A stretch of DNA of 64,000 nucleotides from Chiloscyllium plagiosum (taxonomy: Eukaryota), in contig NC_057718.1 in the NCBI RefSeq assembly GCF_004010195.1, positions 22,037,714-22,101,713 of the forward strand, read 5' to 3'. The notes under the pieces were generated by a model that was not told where the DNA came from, did no database searches, and saw only the letters and a program-made list of their open reading frames with translations. A program made the position numbers and the translations under genes. Position 1 is the first letter of the stretch. Every line of letters starts with the position of its first letter. Positions 12,602 through 25,205 of the stretch are shown here, piece after piece.

Positions 12602-13245
12602 TGTGATGATATGTGACTTTAAGAGAGATTTGTTCTGTTCTGTTTCTCTTGAAGGGGGATGTTATGAACTTGGTACCAAGCTGTCTATTCCAGGGAAAGC
12701 ACATTAAGTAGTTTTTTTTTGAATTAGACAAAAGAACCATGAGTGGATGGAGTCAGGCTTACATACATCCAGAGTTTTAGGTTTTGCTTTCAGTTGTTGA
12801 AGTTGAAGCTTTTGGAGTTGAAGCTGCTAGATACAATTCTCTTTCTATTGCTGCAAAAAGCCTGATGTCTCTCTCTCTATTGCTAGACTCATTTTGTGGG
12901 TGTTCCTTTCTCCTGGACTGGAAAAGATAGCAAGTGAGGGAAATCTGTTTTGCTGAAGCTACCTTTGCTAAGAATGTGTTAATGGGCTGCTGCTATATTG
13001 GAACAATTGATGAGTAGTAATTAAAATCTATATTATTTTGTTAACTACTTTGATTATTCCAATGTTTTTTTGTTTGTATTTTACCTGTGGTATAGGAATA
13101 AAGTGTTTGCTTAATGCCTAGTTGTTTGACCAATCAAATTATATCTGGAACACAATGCTTTACACTTGCTTTTAAATAAGATAAAAGTTAGGGTCTAGGC
13201 TATCTCCTTTATACCTATTGAGGAGGTTTGGTCTGGTCTATAACA
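12602..13245 (+). mobile_element. Solo LTR (Gypsy/ERV-type) with 4-bp TSD
   Basis: TGTGA...TAACA termini, TTTA duplicated at 12598-12601 and 13246-13249, AATAAA near 13097. 3' end is homologous to the reverse complement of 44550-44690. Interrupts a CR1. Confidence 0.85.
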
Positions 13246-13318
13246 TTTATAATGTTGCAACAAGACTTCCTTGCTTCTGTAGTCTATGCCCCAGCTAATG
13301 AAGGCGAATATCCCATTT

Positions 13319-13630
13319 TTAGATTACATTACAATGTGGAAACAGGCCCTTCGGCCCAACAAGTCCACACTGACCCGCCGAAGCGCAACCCGCCCATACC
13401 CCTACATTTACCCCTTACCTAACACTACGGGCAATTTTAGCATGGCCAATTCACCTGACCCTGCACATCTTTGGACTGTGGGAGGAAACCGGAGCACCCG
13501 GAGGAAACCCACGCAGACACGGGGAGAACGTGCAAACTCCACACAGTCAGTCGCCTGAGTCGGGAATTGAACCCGGGTCTCTGGCGCTGTGAAGCAACAG
13601 TGCTAACCACTGTGCCACCGTGCCGCCCAC
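13319..13630 (-). mobile_element. HE1/V-SINE-like SINE (unit 1 of a tandem pair)
   Basis: Full head, V-core and tail; near-identical to 11585-11918. Confidence 0.92.
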
Positions 13631-13639
13631 AAAAATTTT

Positions 13640-13977
13640 TTAGATTACTTACAGTGTGGAAACAGGCCCTTCGGCCCAACAAGTCCACACCGACCCGCCA
13701 AAGTGCAACCCACCCAGGCCTATTCTCCTACACTTACCCCTTCACCTAACAGTACGGGCAATTTAGCATGGCCAATTCACCTAACCTGCACATTTTTGGA
13801 TTGTGGGAGGAAACCGGAGCATCCGGAGGAAACCCACGCAGACACGGGGAGAATGTGCAAACTCCACACAGTCAGTCGCCTGAGACGGGAATTGAACCCG
13901 TCTCTAGCACTGTGAGGCAGCAGTGCTAACCACTGTGCCACCGTGCCACCCCTAACCACTGTGCCACCGTGCCACCC
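13640..13977 (-). mobile_element. HE1/V-SINE-like SINE (unit 2) with duplicated 26-nt 5' end
   Basis: Same motifs. CTAACCACTGTGCCACCGTGCCACCC occurs twice (13926-13951, 13952-13977). Confidence 0.9.
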
Positions 13978-15059
13978 CCATTTGTCTTCTTCACCACTCT
14001 GTCTACCTGTGCTGACTTCTTTAGGGATCTATGGACCTATATATCAAGCTCCCCTTGTTCCTCAGTACTTCCTAGGGATTATCATATATTGTGTATATCC
14101 TTTCCTGATTAGACAGCTCAAAATGCATCACGTTGCACTTATTGGGATTAAATTTCATCTGCCATTGCTCTGCCCAGTTTACCAGCTGATCAATATCAGA
14201 CTGTAGCCTCAGCCCTTTCTCTACACTATCATCAATGTTTGTGTCATGTGCAAACTTATTCATTATATCTTCTACATTCACATCAAAGTTGTCAACAGAC
14301 AGCAAGGGTCCCAGCACCAATCCTTTTGGTACACCCTTTGACTACAGGGTTCCAATCACAAAAACAACTCTCCACCACCACCACCCTTTGCCTCCTATTT
14401 GTAAGCCAATTTTGGATCCAGCTTGCCAACCTGCCTTGAATTCCATGGACTCTTACCTTTTGGACCAGTCTTCCATGTGGGACCTTGTCAAAGGCCTTAC
14501 TGAAGCTCATAGAAACCACATTAGGTGCACTACCCTTATCAATATATTTAGCCAACATTAAAAAAAACTTAAATTAGTCAGACAGTACCTCCCTCTAACA
14601 AATCCTTGCTGACTATCCCTGATCAATGCCACCTTTCAAATTTTGGCACCAGTCCAGATCACATGATGAGTTGCCTTCTTTCAGTATGTTTTGATTTCTT
14701 CCAATCCTTGTGACACTTTGTTGAAGACGCAAGGTTGTGGGTAAACCAATTCTCACTTCTTCATTTACTGGTTGAGAATGTCCTTCAGTGCCTCTGAAGG
14801 TCTTTTTGTCCCTTTTCATGTTAACAACAGGATTTCAGAAAGAGAGTGTTTAGCTGCTGGGGCTTTTACTTTACTTCACACACAGAAGAGAGAGAAAGAG
14901 AATTGATGCTTTCAGCGACTGAAGGTTTAGTGAGGGAGCTGCTTCCAGACATAGACTGACCCCAAACTGATTAATACAGTTGAGATGAACCAAAACAAAG
15001 AAACACTTTCTAAATCTCACAGCCAATTTTCACTACAATAAGACCAGAGACGGCCTGTT

Positions 15060-15420
15060 CACCAGTGGAAATTCTCATGGAGTACACATTTAAGCACTTT
15101 ATATTCCTCAGGGCTCAATATTGGGCTCAACAATTTCAGAGCATAAATGCTATTCTCTATTTTGATTATAGCCCATTCATGCCTTCAGTTGCTTGTTTGT
15201 GTGGGTTTGTCATTAGCAAAGCAGACCTATTTTATACTATTGACATATACCATTAACACCCATTTTATATCTATATCTCTCTACTAGCATGAGCACTCTT
15301 TACCTTTTATTCGGGATAGCCTCACCATGTAGTACACTCACACACTCCTCCTCCCTCTTTGTCAATAATATGAAAACCATCACTTCTCTGCTCTCTTCAG
15401 TGCTGAAGAAGAGTCATAGC
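15060..15420 (+). mobile_element. Degraded Penelope-like 3' fragment
   Basis: GGGCTCAATATTGGGCTCAACAATTTCAGA resembles a PLE ORF end. Ends in CTGAAGAAGAGTCA, the 5' half of a hammerhead-type motif, truncated at 15420. Confidence 0.4.
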
Positions 15421-16045
15421 TGTCTGTTCCTCAAGCCCTCACAAAATGTATAAAATCCTGATGAGGTCAAGATAATTAATTTGCCTGGCATACTGCTTTT
15501 CAGGCTGAAATCAATTCACACCAGGTTTGTCAATAACAGAAAATAATTTAGTTAATTTTAATAAATAGCAGAGAAAGGTAAAGATCCCTATTTTACTACA
15601 CCCCTTAAAAACCTCAAAAATAGATGGAAACATATTCTTGATTATAACAGACAAAAGACAACTGGTTTGACACCAATATTATATGTGGAAAATGATATAG
15701 ATATGGGACAAAATTCTGAAAATCAAAAGTCAAGATCAGAATTGTGGGTTAAATTGTCTACCACCGTTTATTTTGATAATGTGACGCAGATAATGTCCGT
15801 ATGGCAGTGGCTATTCTTCACTTTGATCATTGATCAGATGGACCTATATTATTTCTTGTCAGAATTCCTTCTTTTAAGCTTTCTTGATTTTTCCATCTTT
15901 TCATCCACATAGAGAAAGAAGGGGAGAGAGAGATGTGATTGCAGATTGCAGGTGCTGAATGCTTCTGTCAGTATGCAGCAGAACATGGATCAAACACTTC
16001 AGGGGCTGTTGTCAGGCAATCTTTGCTTAACACAAAAACAGTTAG

Positions 16046-16233
16046 GGAGGTAAAAACAATGACTGCAGATGCTGGAAACCAGATTCTGGATCAGTGGTGC
16101 TGGAAGAGCACAGCAATTCAGGCAGCATCCGAGGACAGGCAAAATCGACGTTTCGGGCAAAAGCCCTCGTCAATTTTGCCTGTCCTCTGATGCTGCCTGA
16201 ATTGCTGTGCTCTTCCAGCACCACTGATCCAGA
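16046..16233 (-). mobile_element. Penelope-terminus-derived fold-back element (family B) with 14-bp TSD and hammerhead-like motif
   Basis: TSD ACAAAAACAGTTAG at 16032-16045 and 16234-16247. Inverted arms of ~60 bp (TTCTGGATCAGTGGTGCTGGAAGAGCAC.../...GTGCTCTTCCAGCACCACTGATCCAGAA). Minus strand reads TGACGA-GGGC-TTTT-GCCC-GAA-ACGT-C. Confidence 0.85.
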
Positions 16234-17373
16234 ACAAAAACAGTTAGTACCACTCAGACTTAAAGTAATAATCTCACTGCTTTGAAAAGCAGTATTGCCT
16301 TGCCCAGCCAAAAATGTGCACCATTGCTTCAAGTTGCAAAACTCTCCTGATTTTGATGATATAGAAATCCTATTTCTATTTCAGTTAGAGATTTCTTGCA
16401 GCATAGAGGTTTCCTGGTTGGCCAGTACACATTAAACAAACATTATTGCAATTGCCTGAGACTGGGTTAAAAAGAGGGGAACTCATTCCCCCCATCTCAA
16501 CTGATTATAGACAAACAATATGCAAACAGACTTTATAACTCAGCATATAAACAAGAAATCAGACTTATTAAAAATGAAACTATAATATAGAGCAAACATG
16601 GTAGATTTTTTAATGTGATAAAATACCTCAAGCAGCTTCCCAGTATCGTTTTCAAAACAGGAAAACTTTGAATAATTTAGCAGTTCTCAGCAATACATGA
16701 TTCATCTTGAATTCTTGGTGAAGTGGTTCTCCATGAAACAATCTCATAGAACCCTCAACCGAGTGGCAGCACAGCAAATAACTGGAAAAAGGTGCCAGGA
16801 TTTATCTTTCTACCAGTCAGGGTCTGAGCATTTATCTGCCAAACATCAAGTTAAGGCACGTTTTCTGAAATGCCTGATGCCACAAAATGAGATGTTCTGG
16901 TAGTCATCAAACCAAAACAATTCTTCTCCCTTCTTGGATTTGGATGCTCAAGTTTATTTTCAAATAATTACATCTTCTTTTTGATGCGTAAAATTCATCA
17001 TGTTACTAGCTAATCATTTGACCCATAACCAAGTCATTGTTCGATGCTGATTTGGAGCAATTTGTGAACAGTAAAACTGAGAACACCTGCCTCCCATACA
17101 TACTCCTCAACGATGCATAACTTCCTCCAAAACAGCATTAGAAAACCTCCTACTTACACAATTCTGAGCTGACCAACTGACAACCACAACAGCCAACCAG
17201 GAAACCTCCATGAATAAATATCCTCCCTTCTGATCTATCTGTAACATGTCTCTACAATTCTTTGCACTTCTTCCATGAAAATTTGCTGTTGTGTTCATTT
17301 CTGAATCTTGTAGGTTCAGCCTGGCTAAGCACTATGGGTAAGCCTCAGCTGCATTTTTGTTTGAAAAGCATAA

Positions 17374-17704
17374 CACGGTGGCACAGTGGTTAGCACTGCT
17401 ACCTCACAGCACCAGAGACCCGGGTTCAATTCCCGCCTCAGGCGACTGACTGTGTGGAGTTTGCACATTCTCCCCGTGTCTGCGTGGGTTTCCTCCGGGT
17501 GCTCCGGTTTCCTCCCACAGTCCAAAGATGTGCAGTTCAGGTGAATTGGCCATGCTAAATTGCCCGTATTGTTAGGTAAGGGGTAGATGTAGGGGTATGG
17601 TTGGGTTGCGCTTCGGTGGGGCGGTGTGGACTTGTTGGGCAGAAGGGCCTGTTTCCACACTGTAAGTAATCTAATCTAATTTTAAAAAATCTAATCTAAT
17701 CTAA
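17374..17704 (+). mobile_element. HE1/V-SINE-like SINE
   Basis: A/B boxes, V-core, ...GGGCCTGTTTCCACACTGTAAGTAATCTAATC tail. Confidence 0.92.
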
Positions 17705-18907
17705 AATTACTCAGAGGATTGTATTGCAACAGGAAAAGAATTTGCTCACACTTTAGAGACTGGCTTAAATTGAAAAAGGACAATGAGATTTCTTTTGTAA
17801 CAAGCAGCCTGCTGAGACAACTTATTTTTCCATTGAATAGGTTAAATCAATATTCAATAAAACTCTGAAGACTTTGAAGAAGTGGCACAAAATATCTGTG
17901 CTTCAAATTCAGTTTGCATGGTGAGTATCTAAACTGCAGAACTAAATGTGGGAAATATTTTTTTGGTAAGAAACAAAAAAGAAATGAGGAACTGAAAAGC
18001 TTCAGGTTAAAAATGTCAATTGGAAGGAAAATGTACAAAGGATTGATTTAACAAACTTGGTGGTAGAAGTCAGAACAGATTCGACTACAGAGAGAAAAGA
18101 AGAATACACAACATTATTTTCTCCGCATGACTCATTGGTACCTATCTCCCATTTCATCCTTAAGGCAGACAGTGGGAGCCAGAAATTTCCCAATTAGTCT
18201 TAGCAGCCTTGGGAGGACAGCATCTGCAAATACAGAATTTTCCCAGTGGGAGGATGGGTGATAGCCTTAGTGAGGCCAACCAATGCCTGAAAATGTTTGG
18301 AGGCAGTCACAGGTGCTGCAAATGTGGAATCAGTCAGTTTAAAATGTCTGCTTAGGTGGTGGGAGGCCTTTCTCCCAGTTACAGTAAAAATAAGAAGGCC
18401 CTCCAATCCTCAACCCGAAGCATTACTCATATCCCATTTATGTTACTTCATACCTACCACCCAAAACAGCTCTTATGGTCCCTCAATCCCCTCACCCATT
18501 GCCTATTACTCCTCATGTCTGCTTAGGTCATTTCAATGAGTATTCACTCATTATGCATTGCGTAAAAGCAATGAAAATTATACCGACAATAAGATGTATA
18601 AAAAAAACTTTCAATGATTATTCATTGATAACTTTCGACTCTGATGAAAACAAATCCTTTTCACTACAACTCATAAAAGTTACAATCGTCTAGATCCTTT
18701 AAAGTATCAATAGCTGCAACTGCAAGAACATGAAATCTCTTCATTATGTAAATAAATAATTAAATTGACAGCAGAGATCAGAGTCAGAAATGCGATCAAG
18801 CAGGGACAGAATAATGGATGACTAGGCTGTCAGCCAACTTTGTTATCAATGAATAATTATATTCAATAGGTTCCGACTGTCAGTTAAGTGATCATTATTC
18901 CCATATA

Positions 18908-21027
18908 CAGTCATAGAGTCATAAAGATGTCCCTTAGGTCTCTTTTATATCTTTCTCCTCTCACTCTAAACCTATGCCCTCTAGTTTTGGACTCCCCCAC
19001 CCCAGGGAAAGACTTTGTCTATTTATCCTATCCTGTCATGCCCCTCATGATTTTATAAACCTCTATAAAGTCACCCTTCAGCTTCCGACGCTCCAGGGAA
19101 AACAGTCCTAGCCTATTCAACCCTTTCTAAATACACAAATCCTCCAACTTGGCGACATCCTTGTAAATCTTTTCTGAACCCTTTCAAGTTTCACGACATC
19201 CTTCCAATAGGAAGGAGACCAGAATTGCACGCAATATTTCAAAAGTGGCCTAACCAATGTTCTGTACAGCCGCAATATGACCTCCCAATGCCTGTACTCT
19301 GTACTCTGACCAATAAAGGAAAGCATACCAAATGCCTTCTTCACTATCCTATCTACCTGCGACTCCACTTTCAAGGAGTTATGAACTTCTCTCCAATGTC
19401 TCTTTGTTCAGCAACACTCCCCAGGACCTTACCATTAAGTGTATAAGTCCAGCTAAGAATTGCTTTCCCAAAAGGCAGCACCTCGCATTTATCTGAATTA
19501 AACTCCATCTGCCACTTCTCAGTCCATTGGCCCATTTGATCAAGATCCCGTTGTAATCTGAGGTGACCTTCTTCGCTGTCCACTACACCTCCAATGTCGG
19601 TGTCATCTGCAAACTTACTAACTATACTTCTTAGGAAAACAACCAAATCATTTATATGAATGATGAAAAGTAGTGGACCCAGCACCGATCCTTGTGGCAC
19701 TCCACTGGTCACAGGCCTCCAGTCTGAAAAATTCCCTCCACAACCACCCTCTGTCTTCTACCTTTGAGCCAGTTCTGTATCCAAATGGCTAGTTCTCTCT
19801 GCATTCCATGAGATCTAACCTTGCTTATCAGGCTCCCATGGGGAACCTTGTCGAAAGCCTTACTGAAGTCCATATAGATCACATCTACCACTCTGCCCTC
19901 ATCAATCTTCTTTGTTACTTCTTCAAAAAACTCAATCAAGTTTGTGAGACATGATTTCCCATGCACAAAGCCATGTTGACTATCCCTAATCAGTCCTTGC
20001 CTTTCCAAATACATGTACATCCTGTCCCTCAGGATTCCCTCCAACAATCTGCTCACCACCGACATCAAGCTCACTGGTCTATAGTTCCCTGGCTTGTCCT
20101 TACCACCTTTCTTAAACAGTGGCACCATGTTAGCCAACCTCCAGTATTCCAGCACCTCACCTATGACTCTCGATGATACAAATATCTCAGCAAGAGGCCC
20201 AGCAATCACTTCCCTAGCTTCTCATAGAGTTCTAGGGTACACCTGATCAGGTCCTGGAGATTTATCCACTTTTATATGTTTCAAGGCATCCAGTACTTCC
20301 TCCTCTGTAATATGGACATTTTGCAAGATGTCACCATCTATTTCCCTACATTAAAAATCTTCCATGATAGAAAATGCTTGTTTAGTATCTCCCCCATCTC
20401 CTGTGGCTCCACACAAAGGCCATCTTGCTGATCTTTGAGAGGCCCTACTCTCTCCCTAGCTATGTCATGTCCCCTTTTTGCCCTCCTGATTTCCCTCTTA
20501 AGTATACTCCTACTGCTTTTATACTCTTCTGAGGATTTATCCTGTCTATACCTGACATATGCTTCCTTCTTTTTCTTAACCAAACCCTCAATTTCTTTAG
20601 TCATGCAGCATCCCCTGTACCTACCAGCCTTTCCTTTCACCCTAACAGGAAAATACTGTCTCTGGAATCTCATTATCTCATTTCTGAAGGCTTCCCATTT
20701 TTCAGCCGTCCCTTTTCCTGCAAGCGTTTGCCCCCAATCAGCTTTCGAAAGTTTTTGCCTAATACCGTCAAAATTGGCCTTTCTCTAATTTAGAACTTCA
20801 ACTTTTAGATCTGGTCTATCCTTTTCCATCACTATTTTAAAACTAATAGAATTATGGTCGCAGGCCCCAAAGTGCTCCCCCACTGACACCTCAGTCACCT
20901 GCCCTGCCTTATTCCTCAAGAGTCAGTCAAGTTTTGCACCTTCTCTCATAGGTACATCCACATACTGAATCAGAAAATTTTCTTGCACTCATTTAACAAA
21001 TTCCTCTCCATCTAAACCCTTCACACT
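18908..21027 (-). mobile_element. CR1 LINE, 5'-truncated, degenerate ORF2 (EN C-terminus to RT to 3' tail)
   Basis: ORFs with PGNYRPVSL, SQHGF...KSCLTNL, YMDFSKAFDKVPH, GVPQGSVLGP, KFADDT; (CTATGACT)n-type tail at 18910. Confidence 0.92.
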
Positions 21028-21563
21028 ATATAGGCATGGAAGTAGCGCAATACGGCATGAGGGGCTAAGAATGGTGTGGGAGGGGTACAGCCTAGCATAG
21101 AATGAATTAGAGCCATGTGGGGGTGGGGGGGGGTGGTGAATGGAGGGGCTCAGTCTGACAATGGAGTGGGGACCATGAGGAGAACCTCTTTAACCTTTCT
21201 TTCAAAAGATTTCATAATGCAGTCTCTGTTCCGCAACACCTCTGAGCTGCCATGAACCACCACTCTTTTCAAAGATCTGGCCTAATCCACTGAAAATTGC
21301 AGAGAACTATGACATGTCCATCTCTAAAATGGAGCTGGCCAGCTTGGGGTGCCAGCTTGAAACTTGAATCCATCTACATCCTTAAAAATCATTGCTGATA
21401 CTTAGAATTTATGTGAATGAGCTTGGGAATCCTGGAATTGGAACCAACCTGCCATTTTAAAAGGACTCCTGAGTCAACTTGATGGGGAGAAAATAAAGGT
21501 TGTAATCTATACTGAAAACTCTCTGTAGCACAGGGACAGCACTGAATTGTTTGAAATGATTTT

Positions 21564-21832
21564 GGGGTGGCGCAGTGTTTCAGTGGTTAGCACTGCTGCC
21601 TCACAGCACCAGGGACCTACGTTCAATTTCACCCTCATGTGACTGTCTGTGTGGAGTTTGCATATTCTCCCAGTGTCCGTGGAGGTATCCTCTGGGTGCT
21701 CTGGTTTCCTCCCACAGTCTGATAATGTACAGGTTAGCCTTAGGAAATGCTAAGGGATAAGGTTGGGTCTGTGTGGAATGCTCTTTGGAGGGTCAGTGTG
21801 GCCTGTGATTCACTGTAGGGATTCTATGATTC
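21564..21832 (+). mobile_element. Diverged V-SINE
   Basis: CAGTGGTTAGCACTGCTGCCTCACAGCACCAGGGACC...TGTGTGGAGTTTGCA...GTAGGGATTCTATGATTCT. Confidence 0.85.
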
Positions 21833-22074
21833 TTTGGCTGAGACACCAAGGTCTCATCTGCATGTTCTGGTAACATTTTAAAACAAAGCTAAAAAAAAGT
21901 TTTAAAATAATAGTAGGGAGTTGATCTTCAAGAAACACCACTCAATGGACTGATTCTCATTCATCTCACCATTATTTGTGGAACCTTGCTGCATGAAGAG
22001 ATTGTATGTGTTGATGTAATAAACATGTTGTGTAAGTATGTTTTTTTTGCATTTTATATTATTTTGTAAATTTG

Positions 22075-22540
22075 TAGGGCTCTGTTCAATGAACTGTTCC
22101 CCAGGGACATACACCAAAACAAATATTGACTGTGTCTGGAAGACCATCAAATTGGTGAACGACACTCTTTGGTCTATCGAAAACTTGTTGGTCTTCCATT
22201 GCAAAAGGTTGATCTTGACCAAGTATTGCAGACTGACATATTCCAAAGTCCAGGGACATACTAAAGCTTAGGACAGCTGCCACCAAGGCACAGTGGGGCA
22301 AGACCACTTTCAGCCAAAGTACAATGGAGGTCCATTCAGTTATCTGACCCTCTCGTTACCTCACACATGTGTAAATATTGTAAAAAAGTAAGAAATGCCT
22401 TGAGTTTTTGGAACTATAGGGAATTCCAAATTCCGCTGTTTATTTGCCCTTCGTGTGCAATGACTGTACAGAACTGCTTCAGTAACTCTGTATGTGCATA
22501 AAGATTTTTAAGAATAAAGTATATTTTTGCAATACAAAAA
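22075..22540 (+). mobile_element. 3' fragment of a Tx1/L1-like LINE
   Basis: Reads PGTYTKTNIDCVWKTIKLVNDTLWSIENLLVF, resembling an ORF2 C-terminus (W..RN..VF), followed by a 3'UTR, AATAAA (~22513) and an A-rich end. Confidence 0.55.
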
Positions 22541-22567
22541 TATTTGGTAACAAATTAACATATTCAT

Positions 22568-22782
22568 TAACAAAAACAGAAGTGCTGGAAAAGCTCAGCA
22601 GGTCTGGCAGGATCTGTGAACAGAAATCAGAGTTAATGTTTCACGTCCAGCGACCCTTCCTTAGAAGTGGACTTGAAATGTTAAGTTTGATTTTTCTTCC
22701 CAGATGCTGCGAGACCTGCTAAGCTTTTCCAGCAACTTCTGTTTTGTTTCTAAATTACAGCACCTGCAGTTCTTTCTGTTTT
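22568..22782. mobile_element. Penelope-terminus-derived fold-back element (family C), diverged
   Basis: Inverted arms AAAACAGAAGTGCTGGAAAAGCTCAGCAGGTCT / AGACCTGCTAAGCTTTTCCAGCAACTTCTGTTTT. Minus strand has a degenerate core CTAAGGA-A-GGGTC-GCTG-GACGT-GAAAC. Confidence 0.75.
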
Positions 22783-24180
22783 TAACATCACTAACCTGCT
22801 CTTTGGACCAGGAACTCAGGAGCAGTGGGGTTTGAACTTTGAGCCTGTGCATCCACAACAATGTTATCTTTTTTTGCTTCATTCTGTTGTGCTCCTTACC
22901 TTAACAAGATCATCTAGTCTCATGCACTATTTCCTACATAAGACAGCTAGCAACTGTGCTGGTTCCATTTGCTAATGCTAGTTTTCAGCCAGCCACTAGG
23001 AGGTATGCAAGACTAGTCTGATTCTCCAGCAAGCTGCACTTACTGCATTTTGCCACTAAATACCTGTGGCTTCTGATTTCGCTTACTCAGTCTTGCTTTG
23101 GCAATGTTCGAACATAAGCATTCAGAAATATGGTAAAGTGGCTGCAGATTACTGACACAAATTCTTAGGAATTTTATGATTCTTAAGAATAACAATAAGG
23201 AAGTAAGCATCCCTTTTACTATATTTTATTCAAGTTACTTCAAGTTCCCATGGGAAAGACATCCATTATAAAAATATTGAGGGTAAATTATATATAAGCT
23301 GAAAGATTATATCTCCCCACGTCTAATGAAAACTCAATATCGATTCATGACTATAAAACCCAGAAACATTTTATGTTCAATGCAACACACTGACATATGT
23401 CTGCAATGGGCAGTAGCTTCTTACCTGTTTAAAAAGCATGAAATCCCCGAGATATGATTCTTGATTTTCATAACCAGATTGATTTATTTTAAATTCCAAA
23501 TGTCAGTAAGGTATGGCCTTATTTTCAGCATAATTTCATAAAGGGTTTTGCTTAGCAGTCTGATGATACGATATTCTCCTTGCTGTGATATGTATTATCA
23601 TTATTCATTCCTACAGCACCTTAATTTTTATCAATTTTTAAAGGGAAAAGAACATGAAAAGCTGAAACAATAGAAAATACTAATTAGCATTTCTGAACAA
23701 TTAATTTACATGTTATCTCAGCTTCCAATGTTAAAAAAAGCATTTGTTTTCTTACTCCACCTCCTCCTTACAAGAAGGCATTTGCCACCACCATCATCAG
23801 CTGTTTGTATGTCAGACTGTATTTCAGCAGGGCATTTATTTACATCTGCTGTCAATTAGACTAGTCTATGTGATCTTCAGCATAAATTTCTTTGCTTACT
23901 GAGTTGCTGAAAGTATGATTTGATTACTGTGGAGTGAGGGAGGCAGGGCTCTGATATTGGAATAAACAGACTAACCAACAGTTTGTCCTTTGTCAGCGAT
24001 CTTTAAGGATAGTAAAACAAAACAGCAGAAGGGCTCATTCATAGTAGGGGTGAATTACAGTTGGTGATTTCAACATCAAGTCGGGGTAGAAAGAAAAATA
24101 AAATGTGGGAAAGAAAGTCTGGATTAAATTTACACATTACCAACTTTCATCTACTCTGCCAATCTTTTATTTTAAACAAA

Positions 24181-24476
24181 TGATTAGATTCCCTACAGTG
24201 TGGAAAAAGGTCCTTTGGCCCAACAAGTCCACACCAACGCTCCAAAGAGTAACCCGCCCAGTCTCATTTCCCTCTGACTATTGCACCTAACACTATGGAC
24301 AATTTAGTGTGGCTAATTCACCTGACCGACACATCTTTGGATTGCGGGAGGAAACCCACACAGACACAGGAGAATGTGTAAACTCCACACAGACAGTCAC
24401 CTGAGGCTGGAATTAAACCTGGGACCTTGGTGCTGTAAGGCAGCAGTGCTAACCACTGAACCACTGTGCCGTCCCC
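24181..24476 (-). mobile_element. V-SINE (diverged)
   Basis: GATTAGATTCCCTACAGTGTGG tail, core, GCAGCAGTGCTAACCACTG head. Confidence 0.88.
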
Positions 24477-24519
24477 TTATTCTTGAAATTATTTATGATT
24501 GTCACTTATTTGCTTATAG

Positions 24520-24835
24520 GGCGGAAATCGGTACTGCAGATGCTGGAGATTAGAATCAAGATTGGAATGGTGCTGAAAAAGCACAGAAGGTCAGGCAGCA
24601 TCTGAGGAGCAGGAGAGTTGACATTTCGGGCATGAACAAATAGGTGTCAAAATTAGAGTGGTGCTAGAAAAGCACAGAAGGTCAGGCAGCATCCGAGGAG
24701 CAGGAAAATCGACGTCTCAGACAAAAGCCCTGATGAAGGATTTTCCTGCTCCTCAGATGCTGTCTGACCTGCTGTGCTTTTTCAGCGCCACATTTTTTGA
24801 CTCTGACTCTCTGGCATCTGCAGTCTTCACCTTCA
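24520..24835. mobile_element. Penelope-terminus-derived fold-back element (family B) with tandemly duplicated left arm
   Basis: Two direct copies of TGGTGCT..AAAAGCACAGAAGGTCAGGCAGCATC.GAGGAGCAGGA (~24568, ~24659), then an inverted copy (~24739-24792). Outer ACTGCAGATGC/GCATCTGCAGT repeat; CTGATGAAGG at the centre. Confidence 0.8.
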
Positions 24836-24849
24836 CCTTCACCTATTTG

Positions 24850-25205
24850 GTATCACTGTTGACTTAAAGTCAGAAGAGTTGAACACAAGGAACAAGGGTG
24901 ACACTGATGAAGTGCTGCACTGCCAGATGTACCAGCTTTCAGGAGAGTTGTTAAACTAAGATTTTGTCTGCCCTTATAACACAGAGGGGCACTATGTTCA
25001 AGAAGGCTAATATTTATCTTCCAATTAACATCTTTCAGCGCAAATTATCTAGTTATTAACACATTGCGGACGGTACACAAATGCTTGTATTTTATACAGC
25101 AGTCGCAATGCTCGAGAAGAGTACTTCATTGGCACTTACGTCATTTTGGGGAGAGCGAGCTGTGATCCAAAAAAGGTGCTGTATAAATACAAGCCTTTGT
25201 TTCTT
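24850..25205 (+). mobile_element. Ancient DeuSINE-like (SacSINE1/AmnSINE1-related) SINE
   Basis: GTGCTGCACTG...CTTTCAGGAGAGTTGTTAAAC...GTCTGCCCT...GGCACTAT...AATATTTATC...AGTACTTCATTGGC...AAAGGTGCTGTATAAATACAAG. Related copies at 32440-32830 and 51050-51375. Confidence 0.6.

Larger units (their letters stand above)
11430..14640 (-). mobile_element. Old CR1 LINE 3' region (RT C-terminus and 3'UTR) carrying four nested insertions
   Basis: ORF fragments FSKAFDKVPHGRL, KFAHDT...[40 protein letters not shown]...TRGHKFK. Host sequence resumes across each insertion. Confidence 0.85.

Noticed and set aside
15421..16513. Possible LTR-like element (also ~10831-11420, ~51939-52990, ~54044-55301)
   Set aside because: TG starts and LTR-like composition, but I could not find matching TSDs or firm ends.
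17374..17445. tRNA genes at SINE heads
   Set aside because: A/B boxes run directly into SINE core and tail; these are tRNA-derived SINEs, not tRNA genes.
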